A stretch of DNA of 64,000 nt from an uncultured Acidobacteriota bacterium (GTDB lineage: Bacteria > Acidobacteriota > Thermoanaerobaculia > Gp7-AA8), in contig CAWGHO010000003.1 in assembly GCA_963822445.1 (NCBI GenBank), positions 1,152,001-1,216,000 on the forward strand, read 5' to 3'. Position 1 is the stretch's first letter. Each line of letters opens with the position of its first letter. The notes beneath the pieces were generated by a model. It ran no database searches and was not told the origin of the DNA. It saw nothing but the letters and a program-made list of their open reading frames with translations. The position numbers and the translations under genes are program-made. Below are positions 36,242-45,136 of the stretch, one piece after another.

Positions 36242-37525
36242 ATGCAGATGACTACCGAGGCAACGATTCAAGCGGTTCGGCGATTGAAGGCCCTCGGCCG
36301 GTACGTCGACGCCGAGGGGGAGCTGGAACGGGCTCTCGACCAGAACGGAAACCTGCAGACGCTCGAGCGGGTCTCGCTTCTGTACGAGCTCGCCGATGTC
36401 TGCTCGAAGGTCGGCGCGTGGCAACGCGGCCAGACCGTGATCGACGAGGCACTGGAGCTTCTGGGCCCCCACGCGGAAGTGCAGCACTCCGATCTCTGGA
36501 TCGCGCTCATGGAGCGGCGGGCCTGGATCTACTTCCGCCAGACCCGTCTGCGCGACGCGCGGGCGACCGCGCTGAAGCTTCTGGCGAAACTGAACAACCA
36601 GGACTCGAGCTCGGCGCACCTCGCCAGCATCTACAACACCCTCGGCGGCGTCGCGTACAGCGAAGGCCGTGCAGAAGAAGGGATGCGCGCCATCGAGCGG
36701 AGCATCGAGCACTACGAAAAGGCCGGCGACAGGTCGGGGCTGGCCACGGCGCGCATGAACTTCGGCGTGCTTCTTCTGACGGAAGGGAAGTGGCCTGAAG
36801 CCGCGGAGCAATTCGCGGAATCGGACCGCGTTCGGCGCGATTTGCCCGATCAAACCGGCCGGTCGTCGAATCTCTTGAACCTCGGTCTGCTCGAGCTTTC
36901 TCTGGGAGAGCATGACAAAGCCCGCCAGCATCTCGACGAGAGTCTGGCCATGAGCGAGGAGACCGGCGAATGCCACGTCGCCTCGCACGCGCAACTCGGT
37001 CTCGCGTATCTGGCGCTCATCGAGTCACGCGTCGATGATGCCGACAGGTATGTCAACGCGGCGATCGCCCGCGACGACCGGATGTGCGGTGACGATCGCG
37101 TTCAGGCGACCTGGGTGCGCGCTCTCATCGAGTGCGAGCGCGGATCGACCGATCGGGCCGTGAAACTGGCCAGCGAAGCGCGAAAGATCGCGCAGGAGTC
37201 CTCGCTCGTCGATTGGGAAGCCGATTGCTGCCGGGCCATCGGCATCGCGCACTTGCGTTCGAAGGAGTACGACACGGCGCACAACTTCTTCGCCGAGTCC
37301 GCGTCGCTCGCGCAACGAGCGTCCGATCCGTACCGCCGCGCGCTGGCGCTGCTCGAGATCAGCACCCTGTGCCACGAAGCGTCATGCAGCGACGCTTCGG
37401 CCGCCGAGCGCTGGTCCGCGCAGGGCCGGACGAGCGTCGACGAGGCCGCGAAGGTGTTCCAGCATCTCGGCGCGAAGCGCGATCTGGCGCGCGCCGAGTC
37501 GGTGCGCGCGAATTTCGCGGCGTAG
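36242..37525 (+). CDS. Stand-alone TPR protein, paralog of 31603..32825 and of the TPR domain of 37614..41072
   Basis: SD AAGGAG; ERRAWIYFRQ, YNTLGG, MNFG, NLLNLG, QATWVRALIEC, DPYRRALALLE. Confidence 0.88.
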   Translation: MQMTTEATIQAVRRLKALGRYVDAEGELERALDQNGNLQTLERVSLLYELADVCSKVGAWQRGQTVIDEALELLGPHAEVQHSDLWIALMERRAWIYFRQTRLRDARATALKLLAKLNNQDSSSAHLASIYNTLGGVAYSEGRAEEGMRAIERSIEHYEKAGDRSGLATARMNFGVLLLTEGKWPEAAEQFAESDRVRRDLPDQTGRSSNLLNLGLLELSLGEHDKARQHLDESLAMSEETGECHVASHAQLGLAYLALIESRVDDADRYVNAAIARDDRMCGDDRVQATWVRALIECERGSTDRAVKLASEARKIAQESSLVDWEADCCRAIGIAHLRSKEYDTAHNFFAESASLAQRASDPYRRALALLEISTLCHEASCSDASAAERWSAQGRTSVDEAAKVFQHLGAKRDLARAESVRANFAA

Positions 37526-37613
37526 TGGAGTGCGGCGGCTCTGCCGCCGCTTTCCGACGCCGGAGGCGCGCTCCGCGCGCAGCCAAAGCGGCGGCAGAGC
37601 CGCCGCACTCCAC
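37525..37613. repeat. REPIN-like 29-bp perfect inverted repeat; may act as a bidirectional terminator
   Basis: gtggagtgcggcggctctgccgccgcttt (37525..37553) and its exact reverse complement (37585..37613), between convergent stops. Confidence 0.85.
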
Positions 37614-40600
37614 CTACAACATCGCCGTGGCGCGCTGCGCATCATGCGCGGCGCCGAGCCGCGCCAACGTCCGCGCGGCTTCCTCGATCAACTCATTGCA
37701 TTTGCGCGCGTTTCCCAACTCCAGTAGCGCCAGCGCTTCGCGATACGGATCGCTCGCTTTCCTCGCGGCCTCGATCGATCTCTGAAACGCGATCTCCGCG
37801 GCCGCGCCATCGCCGCGACGCGCATGCAACGATCCGAGGACGCGCATGGAGTCCGCCTCCGAATCTCTCACGCCGAATTCACAGGCGGTCCGGCAGGCTT
37901 CCTCGGCCATCACGATCGCGTCATCGACCGACCTCTCCGCCGCGATCAATGCCGAGACCCACTGGATGTCGATGCGATGGTCATTCGTCAGCGCGCGGTC
38001 GTACGCGGTCAGGCTCTGCAGCGCCGTCTCGGCATCGCCGATCCGCTTCTCCAGGATCGCCACCTGCGCCAGGCCGATCAGCGCTGCCGCAGCGACCATG
38101 TCTTCGCCGAGATGCACGCTCACGGAAAGACTGGCCTCGCAATCGCGGCGAGCCGCGGCATGCTCGCCCATGGCCATGTGCAGTGCGGCGAGGTTCAGCA
38201 GGTTCTCCGCGCGGCCGACGACGTAGCCGATCTCGCGGCGGATGAAATCCGATCGCTCGTAGCTCTCCGCCGCCTCCTTCCACCGGCCCTGGCCGTAGTA
38301 CAGGATGCCCAGGTTCATGTGCGCGTTGGCCTTGCCGAAGAGGTAGCCGATCTTGTGGTAGATCGCGAGGCTCTTGCGGACGTACTCCGCGGCCTGCTCC
38401 AGACGTCCGTACTTCCAGAGCACGCCGCCAAGCGTGTTGTAGAGATTCGCGAGCAGCACCGGCTCAGCGGCGTTGTCGGACTCGACTTCGCGCGCGAGCT
38501 CGTCGGCGATCAGAAGCGATTCGTCGAGGCGCTGCTGACGGAAGCGCACCCAGGCCAGGCGCTCGCGGATGGTCCGCCGCACCGCGGTTGATTCGGTTCC
38601 GGCGAATTCGGCGATGGTCAGCGACGCCATGTCGAGATGCTGCGCCGCTTCTTCGAGCATGCCCTCGCGCGCCTCGACGTCGGCAAGCTCCACGAGCAGA
38701 TCGATCAGCAGGCGGAACGGCGGACGCTCGAGCTGCGACGCGCGATTCGAAACGTCGATCAGCGCGTCCTCGAGAATCCTGCGCGTCTCGCTGAGGCGGC
38801 CGAGGAACTTCAGTGAGCGCCCGTGCAACAGCTCGAGGCGGTTGTACTCGTCGCGATCGAACTCCGGGAGGATCCGGACGATGTCGAGCGCGCGGCGGTA
38901 GTGATCCGCGGCAACGTCGTTCGCATGGCGGCGCGCGGAGCGTTCCGCCGCGCCGAGCAGATACGGCACCGCCTTCGCGGCTTCGCCACTTTCGGAGTAG
39001 TGGTACGCGAGCACCTCGTCGCGCTCGTTCGCCGGCCAGAAGCTGCCTTTTTCCACTGCTTCGGCGACCTCGCGATGCATTTCCTGGCGATCGCGTTTGA
39101 GCAGCGTGCTGTGAATCGCTTCCTGAATGAGCGCGTGGCGGAACGCGTATCCCTTCTCCAGGCCGAACGCCTCTTCCTCGAGGAACTCGCGGGCCTCGAG
39201 CTCCTCGAGAGCATCGACGGTGTCGATCGGTGCCCCGGCCAGGAGCTGCTGGAGCAGACGCACGGGGAAGGACCGGCCGAGGATTGCCGCGCGTTGCAGC
39301 ACGCGGCGAAGCTCGCGGGGGAGGCAATCGAAGCGCGTGACCATCAGCCCGCGCAGGCTCGACGGCACGTCATGGAGCACAGCCGCTGCCTCGCCGGTCA
39401 CCCGCCACTCGCCGGCGGTTCCGACGAGGCCTCCGCGATCGAGGAGCATCCGCACCAGCTCCTCGACGTAGAGCGGATTGCCTTCGGCGCGATTGATGAT
39501 CTTCTGCCGCAGCGCGACTGCCTCGACCGAATCGCCCGGAACGAGCTGCTTCACGAGACGCCGCGAATCGGTTGCGCCAAGCGGCTCGAGATCGATCTCG
39601 GAGAAGTGCTCGCCATGCGCGGCGGCCATCTCCACCAGCGGCCGGATCGTGGTGGCGCGCTCGAGATGGCGGGAGATCACGATCATCATCAGCGGCTGAT
39701 CGCCGGCGGACTGGATGAAGTACTGGAGGAAATCGCGCGACGCGGAATCGACCCAGTGCAGATCGTCGAACAGGAGCACGGCCGGTTTGTTGCGCGTGGC
39801 GGCGATGATGATCCGTCGCAGCGCGGCGTGGGTCTGCTCCTGGAGCATGGCCTCGTCGAGAAGGCGCAGTCGGTGTTCGGAAACCTCGTCGCTCTGCGGA
39901 AGGCCGAGGACGTTGAGAACGTACGGGGTCACCTCGGCTTCGGGAAGGTCGTGCGCAGCGATGAATGCCGCTGCTGCCTGTGACTGCGCGGCCGCGGGAT
40001 CGGCCGCGTCGATGCCGAGGATGGCGCGGAGGAGATCGGCGGCCAGGGTGAGCGGGCGGGAACGGCTCAAGGCAATGCAGCGCGCGCCGTAAATCGAGAC
40101 CGCGTCGTTGTCGAGCGTGCGGATGAACTCATGCACGAGCCGGGTCTTGCCGACGCCGGCCTCGCCGCACACGAACGCGATCTGCGTGACGCCGGTCGCG
40201 CGCATGCGTCGCAGCGATTCCTGGAGGAGGGCCGTGGCCGACTCGCGTCCGATGAGGGGGATGGTCATCCCCGGGACGCCGCGTTGCGGCCCGACGTGCG
40301 GCTGCACGCCGGCAACGCGGTAGGCCGTGACCGGGCGCGAGATCCCTTTCAGCGAAAGCGGCGGGACGGTCTCGTAGCGGAAATTCGCCGAAGTGCGGTT
40401 GTATGTTTCCTCGCTGACCAGCACGGAGCCCGGCTCCGCCGCGGTCTGCAGCCGCGAGGCGAGATTCACCGTGTCGCCGATGACCGTGTATTCCGTGTGC
40501 GCGGCGCTGCCGATCTTTCCGGCGATCACCTCACCGGTGTGCACGCCGATGCGGATGCGGAACTGAAAGCCGTGTTGCGCGGCGAGGCGCTCGCGCATCG

Positions 40601-41072
40601 GCCGGATCACGCGCTGCATGTCCCAGGCGGCGCGGACGGCGCGCTCGGCGTCGTTCTCATGGGCGGCGGGAGCTCCGAAGAGCGCCATCAGGCCGTCGCC
40701 CGTGAATTTGTCGATCGTGCCTTCGTATTCGTTGACCACGTCGGCGAGAAGCTTGAGGGCCTCGTCGATGAACGAGTAGACGTCTTCGCTGTCGAGGCGG
40801 CTGGAGGTGGCGGTGAAGTCGGTGACGTCGGCGAACAGCACCGTGACCTCGCGCCGCTCTGTCGACGGCCCCTCGGCCGGATCTTCCGCGCGGATGGTGA
40901 AAGAGTGCGCGCCCTCGCGCGTCAGGGCCGCGCCGCAGGAAGAGCAGAAACGGCTGCCGGCGGCATTGGAAACGCCGCAGCGGGCGCAATCGGTACGGAC
41001 GGGAGATCCGCACCTCCGGCAATCCGCCGAATCAGCGGACATCTGTGAACCGCAATTCGGGCAGAAACGCAC
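37614..41072 (-). CDS. Double zinc ribbon - class III adenylate cyclase - STAND/AAA ATPase - TPR protein
   Basis: 4x CxxC; LFADVTDFT, DKFTGDG, RIGVHTG, YTVIGDTVNLASRL; Walker A GEAGVGKT, Walker B LLFDDLHW; GNPLYVEE; TPRs. Confidence 0.95.
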   Translation of the reverse strand: MRFCPNCGSQMSADSADCRRCGSPVRTDCARCGVSNAAGSRFCSSCGAALTREGAHSFTIRAEDPAEGPSTERREVTVLFADVTDFTATSSRLDSEDVYSFIDEALKLLADVVNEYEGTIDKFTGDGLMALFGAPAAHENDAERAVRAAWDMQRVIRPMRERLAAQHGFQFRIRIGVHTGEVIAGKIGSAAHTEYTVIGDTVNLASRLQTAAEPGSVLVSEETYNRTSANFRYETVPPLSLKGISRPVTAYRVAGVQPHVGPQRGVPGMTIPLIGRESATALLQESLRRMRATGVTQIAFVCGEAGVGKTRLVHEFIRTLDNDAVSIYGARCIALSRSRPLTLAADLLRAILGIDAADPAAAQSQAAAAFIAAHDLPEAEVTPYVLNVLGLPQSDEVSEHRLRLLDEAMLQEQTHAALRRIIIAATRNKPAVLLFDDLHWVDSASRDFLQYFIQSAGDQPLMMIVISRHLERATTIRPLVEMAAAHGEHFSEIDLEPLGATDSRRLVKQLVPGDSVEAVALRQKIINRAEGNPLYVEELVRMLLDRGGLVGTAGEWRVTGEAAAVLHDVPSSLRGLMVTRFDCLPRELRRVLQRAAILGRSFPVRLLQQLLAGAPIDTVDALEELEAREFLEEEAFGLEKGYAFRHALIQEAIHSTLLKRDRQEMHREVAEAVEKGSFWPANERDEVLAYHYSESGEAAKAVPYLLGAAERSARRHANDVAADHYRRALDIVRILPEFDRDEYNRLELLHGRSLKFLGRLSETRRILEDALIDVSNRASQLERPPFRLLIDLLVELADVEAREGMLEEAAQHLDMASLTIAEFAGTESTAVRRTIRERLAWVRFRQQRLDESLLIADELAREVESDNAAEPVLLANLYNTLGGVLWKYGRLEQAAEYVRKSLAIYHKIGYLFGKANAHMNLGILYYGQGRWKEAAESYERSDFIRREIGYVVGRAENLLNLAALHMAMGEHAAARRDCEASLSVSVHLGEDMVAAAALIGLAQVAILEKRIGDAETALQSLTAYDRALTNDHRIDIQWVSALIAAERSVDDAIVMAEEACRTACEFGVRDSEADSMRVLGSLHARRGDGAAAEIAFQRSIEAARKASDPYREALALLELGNARKCNELIEEAARTLARLGAAHDAQRATAML

Positions 41073-41206
41073 TTTTGACGGGCTCCCGGGAACGTGATGA
41101 CCGATATTGCCACTACTGGTTTTGGAATCGGTATGCGAAAAACAGACCCAGCAGCAGCAAGTTGCCGGCCGACCGCCCGGCCTGAAAGGTGCAAGCGCGC
41201 TCGGCG

Positions 41207-42766
41207 GTGAGTATTCGGCGGTTCTTCATCGCTTTCGCGCTGATTGCGCTGGCTTGTGGACGCGAGCAGCAGCGCGCGCCCACGCCGGCACCGGCCCCGG
41301 TGCAACCGCGCGACGGCGGCACGCTCACCCGCCGGCTGGAGAACGAGGTCACCACTCTCAACTACCTCCTCCACACGACGGACTACGAGCGGAACGTTCT
41401 CGCCTATCTGTACGACCCGCTCATCGATCTCGACGAGAACCTGCAACCGATTCCCGGCACGGCGGCGAGTTGGACGGTCTCTCCCGACCGGCTGACCTAC
41501 ACGCTGAAGCTCGATCCGCGGTCGACGTTCAGCGACGGCAAGCCCGTTCGCGCCAGCGACATCGTCTTCACCATCCGCAAGATCATCGAGGCCGAGTCGA
41601 TGCAGTACTCGTCGTTCTTCACCGGGCTCGATCTGAACCGGTTGCGCGCGCTCGACGACAGGACCGTCGAAGTGGTCTTCACCGAGCCGCACGTGGCCCG
41701 CTGGTACGCCTTCAACATCGGCGTGTTACCGGAGCACGTTTACGGCAAGGGCGATTTCAAGAACGACTTCAACGACATGGCCGTCGGCAACGGGCCCTAC
41801 GTGCTCGCGCGCCGCCAGGCGGAACAGCCGATCACGCTCGAGCGGCGTGCCGACTACTGGCGCGAGAAGCCGCACATTCAGCGCATCGTCTTCAAGGTCA
41901 TCGGCGACACCACCGTGGCCTGGAACGCGATGAAGCGGGGCGACATCGACGAGATGCGGCTCAAGACCGACTTCTGGGCTCGCGAGAAGAACGCGCCGAA
42001 CGTCGAGTTCCACGACGTCTGGGCCCTTCAGTACAACTGCATCGCCTGGAACAACCGCGATCCCATCCTGCGCGACCCGCGCGTCCGCCGCGCGCTGGCC
42101 ATGGCCTTCGACACGAAGCAGGTCATCGACACGATGTACCACGGCCAGGCCCGCGCCATCAGCGGCCCGTTCACGCCCGATCAGTGGGCATACAACGCCG
42201 CCGTTCCGCCGGTGAAGTTCGATCTCGCCGGCGCGCGGAAGCTGCTCGACGAGGCGGGATGGAAAGACAAGAAGCTCGCACTGACGATGATCCTTCCCGC
42301 CGGCAACACCGTCGGCCTCGAGCAGGGGCAGATCCTGCAGGATGCCCTGGGGAAGATCGGCGTGACGCTGAGCGTGCAGGCCCTCGAAGGGGCGGCGTTC
42401 TTCGAGCACATCATGCGCGGCAACTACCAGTCGGCCTTTTTCGCCTGGTCTCTCGATCCCGAGCCCGATCTCTATCCGCTGTTCCACTCGACCCAGATCC
42501 CGCCGGCCGGGATGAACGTGATCGGCTACTCGAATCCCGAAGTGGATCGGGCCATCGACGAGGCCCGCCGCACGTTCGACCTTCCCACGCGGCGAGCCGC
42601 CTACCACCGCCTTCATGTCATGCTCGCCGCCGATCAGCCGTATCTCTGGACGCTGCAGCTCGCCCAGAAGTGGGCCGTGAACAAGAGAGTGAAGAACGTG
42701 AAAGTGTCGAAGGGCTTCGGACTGTTCATTTGGCATCCCGGGCCGAAGCAGTGGTGGCTTCAATAG
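41207..42766 (+). CDS. ABC transporter substrate-binding lipoprotein, family 5 (OppA/DppA-like)
   Basis: Lipobox ALIALAC; LYDPLI, SWTVSPD..YTLKL, FSDG.PV.ASD, VGNGPY, DPRVRRAL. No permease or ATPase genes in the window. Confidence 0.92.
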   Translation: MSIRRFFIAFALIALACGREQQRAPTPAPAPVQPRDGGTLTRRLENEVTTLNYLLHTTDYERNVLAYLYDPLIDLDENLQPIPGTAASWTVSPDRLTYTLKLDPRSTFSDGKPVRASDIVFTIRKIIEAESMQYSSFFTGLDLNRLRALDDRTVEVVFTEPHVARWYAFNIGVLPEHVYGKGDFKNDFNDMAVGNGPYVLARRQAEQPITLERRADYWREKPHIQRIVFKVIGDTTVAWNAMKRGDIDEMRLKTDFWAREKNAPNVEFHDVWALQYNCIAWNNRDPILRDPRVRRALAMAFDTKQVIDTMYHGQARAISGPFTPDQWAYNAAVPPVKFDLAGARKLLDEAGWKDKKLALTMILPAGNTVGLEQGQILQDALGKIGVTLSVQALEGAAFFEHIMRGNYQSAFFAWSLDPEPDLYPLFHSTQIPPAGMNVIGYSNPEVDRAIDEARRTFDLPTRRAAYHRLHVMLAADQPYLWTLQLAQKWAVNKRVKNVKVSKGFGLFIWHPGPKQWWLQ

Positions 42767-43590
42767 AGCATTCGCTGCATCTGCCCGACGGCGAGCGCGG
42801 TCATCTGCTGGTCATGCTGCACGGCTGCGTGCAGCCGGCGAGCGAGCTCGCGATCGCCACGCGCATGAACGCCGCCGCCGCGGCGAAGGGCTGGGCGGTG
42901 TTGTGGCCCCAGCAGTCGCAGGCCGCGCATGAATTGCGCTGCTGGAACTGGTACCTGCCCGACCATCAGAACCGCGGTGCCGGCGAGCCGGCGATGCTCG
43001 CTGAGCTCATTCGCGATGTGCGCGCCGAGCACGGTCTCGATCGCGTGTTTCTCGGCGGCATTTCCGCCGGCGCGGCGATGAGCGCGGTGCTCGCGGCGAA
43101 CTATCCCGAGATGATCACGGCCATCGCGATGCACTCCGGAATCGCATTCGGTGCGGCGTCGACCGTGGCCGGCGCGCTCACGGCCATGCGCACCGGCGAT
43201 CTGGATCCGCTCGCGCTCGGAGTCCAGGCGAATCAGGCGATGGGCGAGCGAGCACGCGTGATTCCGACGCTCGTGCTGCACGGCCGCCAGGATGCAGCGC
43301 TCCATCCGCGCAACGGGACGAATCTCGCCGGGCAGTGGGCCGTGGCAAACGCAATCGCCCTCGGCAAACCGGCGGCGATTCCGTCATCGCGAGAAACGAC
43401 TCATCGCGAGGAAGGCCGTTACGACGCGACGATCGTCACCTACGACGACGTCGACGTCGAGGAATGGCGCATCGCCCCCCTCGGACATGCCTGGTCGGGC
43501 GGATCAGCCGAGGCGACGTATACCGATCCGAAGGGTCCCGACGCGACGAGGGCCGTGATCGACTTCTTCAGCCGTTTTTCCCGACCTTGA
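42751..43590 (+). CDS. PHB depolymerase-family esterase (alpha/beta hydrolase)
   Basis: LVMLHGC.Q, CWNW, GISAGAAM, HG..D, GHAWSGG, GPDA; only the 3' third of ORF 41107..43590 is coding. Confidence 0.88.
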   Translation: MVASIEHSLHLPDGERGHLLVMLHGCVQPASELAIATRMNAAAAAKGWAVLWPQQSQAAHELRCWNWYLPDHQNRGAGEPAMLAELIRDVRAEHGLDRVFLGGISAGAAMSAVLAANYPEMITAIAMHSGIAFGAASTVAGALTAMRTGDLDPLALGVQANQAMGERARVIPTLVLHGRQDAALHPRNGTNLAGQWAVANAIALGKPAAIPSSRETTHREEGRYDATIVTYDDVDVEEWRIAPLGHAWSGGSAEATYTDPKGPDATRAVIDFFSRFSRP

Positions 43591-44629
43591 CCTCGTCGCC
43601 GACCACGTCCTCGACGTAGAGCATCTTCGAGAGCACCAGCGCCGCGGCCAGCAGCGGCTCGGCCACCAGCATCCCCATCACGCCGAAGACGATCGCCATC
43701 GCCGACACCCCCACGACCGTGAGCACCGGCGGGATGTCGAGGCGCTTTTCGAGGATCAGCGGCGTGATCACGTTGCCCTCGAGCTGCTGGACGATCACGT
43801 AGAGAACGACCACGGCCAGCGCCTTCTGCGGCGAGTCGACGAGCGCGATGCCGATCGCCGGGATCGCACTGACGAACGGTCCGAAGAAGGGGATCAGCTC
43901 CATCAGTCCCGCGAGCAGACCGAGCGCCGCCGCCCCTTTCACGCCCAACAATGCCAGCCCGATTCCGGTGATCAGCCCGATGGCGACCATCGCGATCAGC
44001 CGCGCGATCAGCCATTGCCGCAGCGTTTGCGCGAGGGTCGTCAGCACTTCGCGCGCTCGCGGCCGCGATCGATGCGGAACGAGATGCAGGATGCCGTCGC
44101 GATACTTGCCCGGCTCCGCGGCGATGTACATCCCGATGAAGAGCACGATCACCACGCCGCCGATCGCGCCGAACACCGAGGAGATGATCGGGAAGAGGAA
44201 CTTCGTCGCGCCGCGCAGCTCTTTCGTCAGTTGCGCGGACAGGCCGCCACCCTGCTTTTTCTGCTGCGGCGTGTCGAGACCGAGCGCCTTCGACGCGCCG
44301 GAGGACCCGAACTTCTTCTCGATCTCGTCGATGACTTTCGGCAGCTCTTTGGCGATCTCGCCGGTCTGCCTGCGCACCGCGGGCGCGACCATCGCCCCGA
44401 TGCCGATCAGCAGTCCGATGACCACGATCATCGAGATCGCCGCGCCGAGGCCGCGCCGTACTTTGAATTTTTCGAGGAAGTCGACCGCGCGGGCCAGCGC
44501 CAGTCCGAGCAGCACGCCGAGGAGGGTGACGATGAAGATGGCGTGGGCGATCCAGAGGAAACGGAGGGCGATGAGGACCGCGAAGACGATCGCCGTGACC
44601 TTCAACGCCGTAGCTGCACGGATCTCCAC
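43568..44629 (-). CDS. AI-2E family transporter
   Basis: Multi-TM; LIPFFGP, VQQLEGNVITP, FGVMGMLVAEPL. Confidence 0.9.
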   Translation of the reverse strand: MEIRAATALKVTAIVFAVLIALRFLWIAHAIFIVTLLGVLLGLALARAVDFLEKFKVRRGLGAAISMIVVIGLLIGIGAMVAPAVRRQTGEIAKELPKVIDEIEKKFGSSGASKALGLDTPQQKKQGGGLSAQLTKELRGATKFLFPIISSVFGAIGGVVIVLFIGMYIAAEPGKYRDGILHLVPHRSRPRAREVLTTLAQTLRQWLIARLIAMVAIGLITGIGLALLGVKGAAALGLLAGLMELIPFFGPFVSAIPAIGIALVDSPQKALAVVVLYVIVQQLEGNVITPLILEKRLDIPPVLTVVGVSAMAIVFGVMGMLVAEPLLAAALVLSKMLYVEDVVGDEVKVGKNG

Positions 44630-44665
44630 GCTCCGAACGGGGAGCAGATGTTGTGCCCGGCAGTC

Positions 44666-45127
44666 CTATTGCCGTCTCGCGAGCACCCCATCCATCGTGA
44701 AGTACAGCGAAGCCAGACGCTGCGCGACCTGAGGATCGCCCTGCGCGAGCTGCACGGAAATCGCGTCGCGCGACGAGGCGTACGAACCGAGCGCGCCGCG
44801 CGTGCGCGGTTGCTCGGCGAGACCGGGATCGTCAGCCAGTCGCGCACACCCGTCGAAGAACCGGCGCGCGGCCAGCGCCGCGTTCGCGTAGTTGCTGCGC
44901 TGGGCTTCGAGCGCGGCGATGCCGAGGTCACGGTGGGTGTTGGCCAGCTCCAGGTCGAGCGTCGTCGCTCGCAGCGTCTTCGCCTGCCGATCGGCACGCA
45001 GGCGCTGGGGCGCGTACCCGGCCACGAACGATCCAACGAGAAGCCCGATTACGAGCAGCACGCTCTTCGGGGACATGCGCGAGCTGCGGGTTGGCGCCGG
45101 CGGGGGAGGAGCGGAAGCTGGTTGCAT
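44666..45127 (-). CDS. Hypothetical protein with N-terminal TM anchor
   Basis: VLLVIGLLVGSFVAGY then a helical domain; alternative start at 45076. Confidence 0.65.
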   Translation of the reverse strand: MQPASAPPPPAPTRSSRMSPKSVLLVIGLLVGSFVAGYAPQRLRADRQAKTLRATTLDLELANTHRDLGIAALEAQRSNYANAALAARRFFDGCARLADDPGLAEQPRTRGALGSYASSRDAISVQLAQGDPQVAQRLASLYFTMDGVLARRQ

Positions 45128-45136
45128 GAGAGGACT

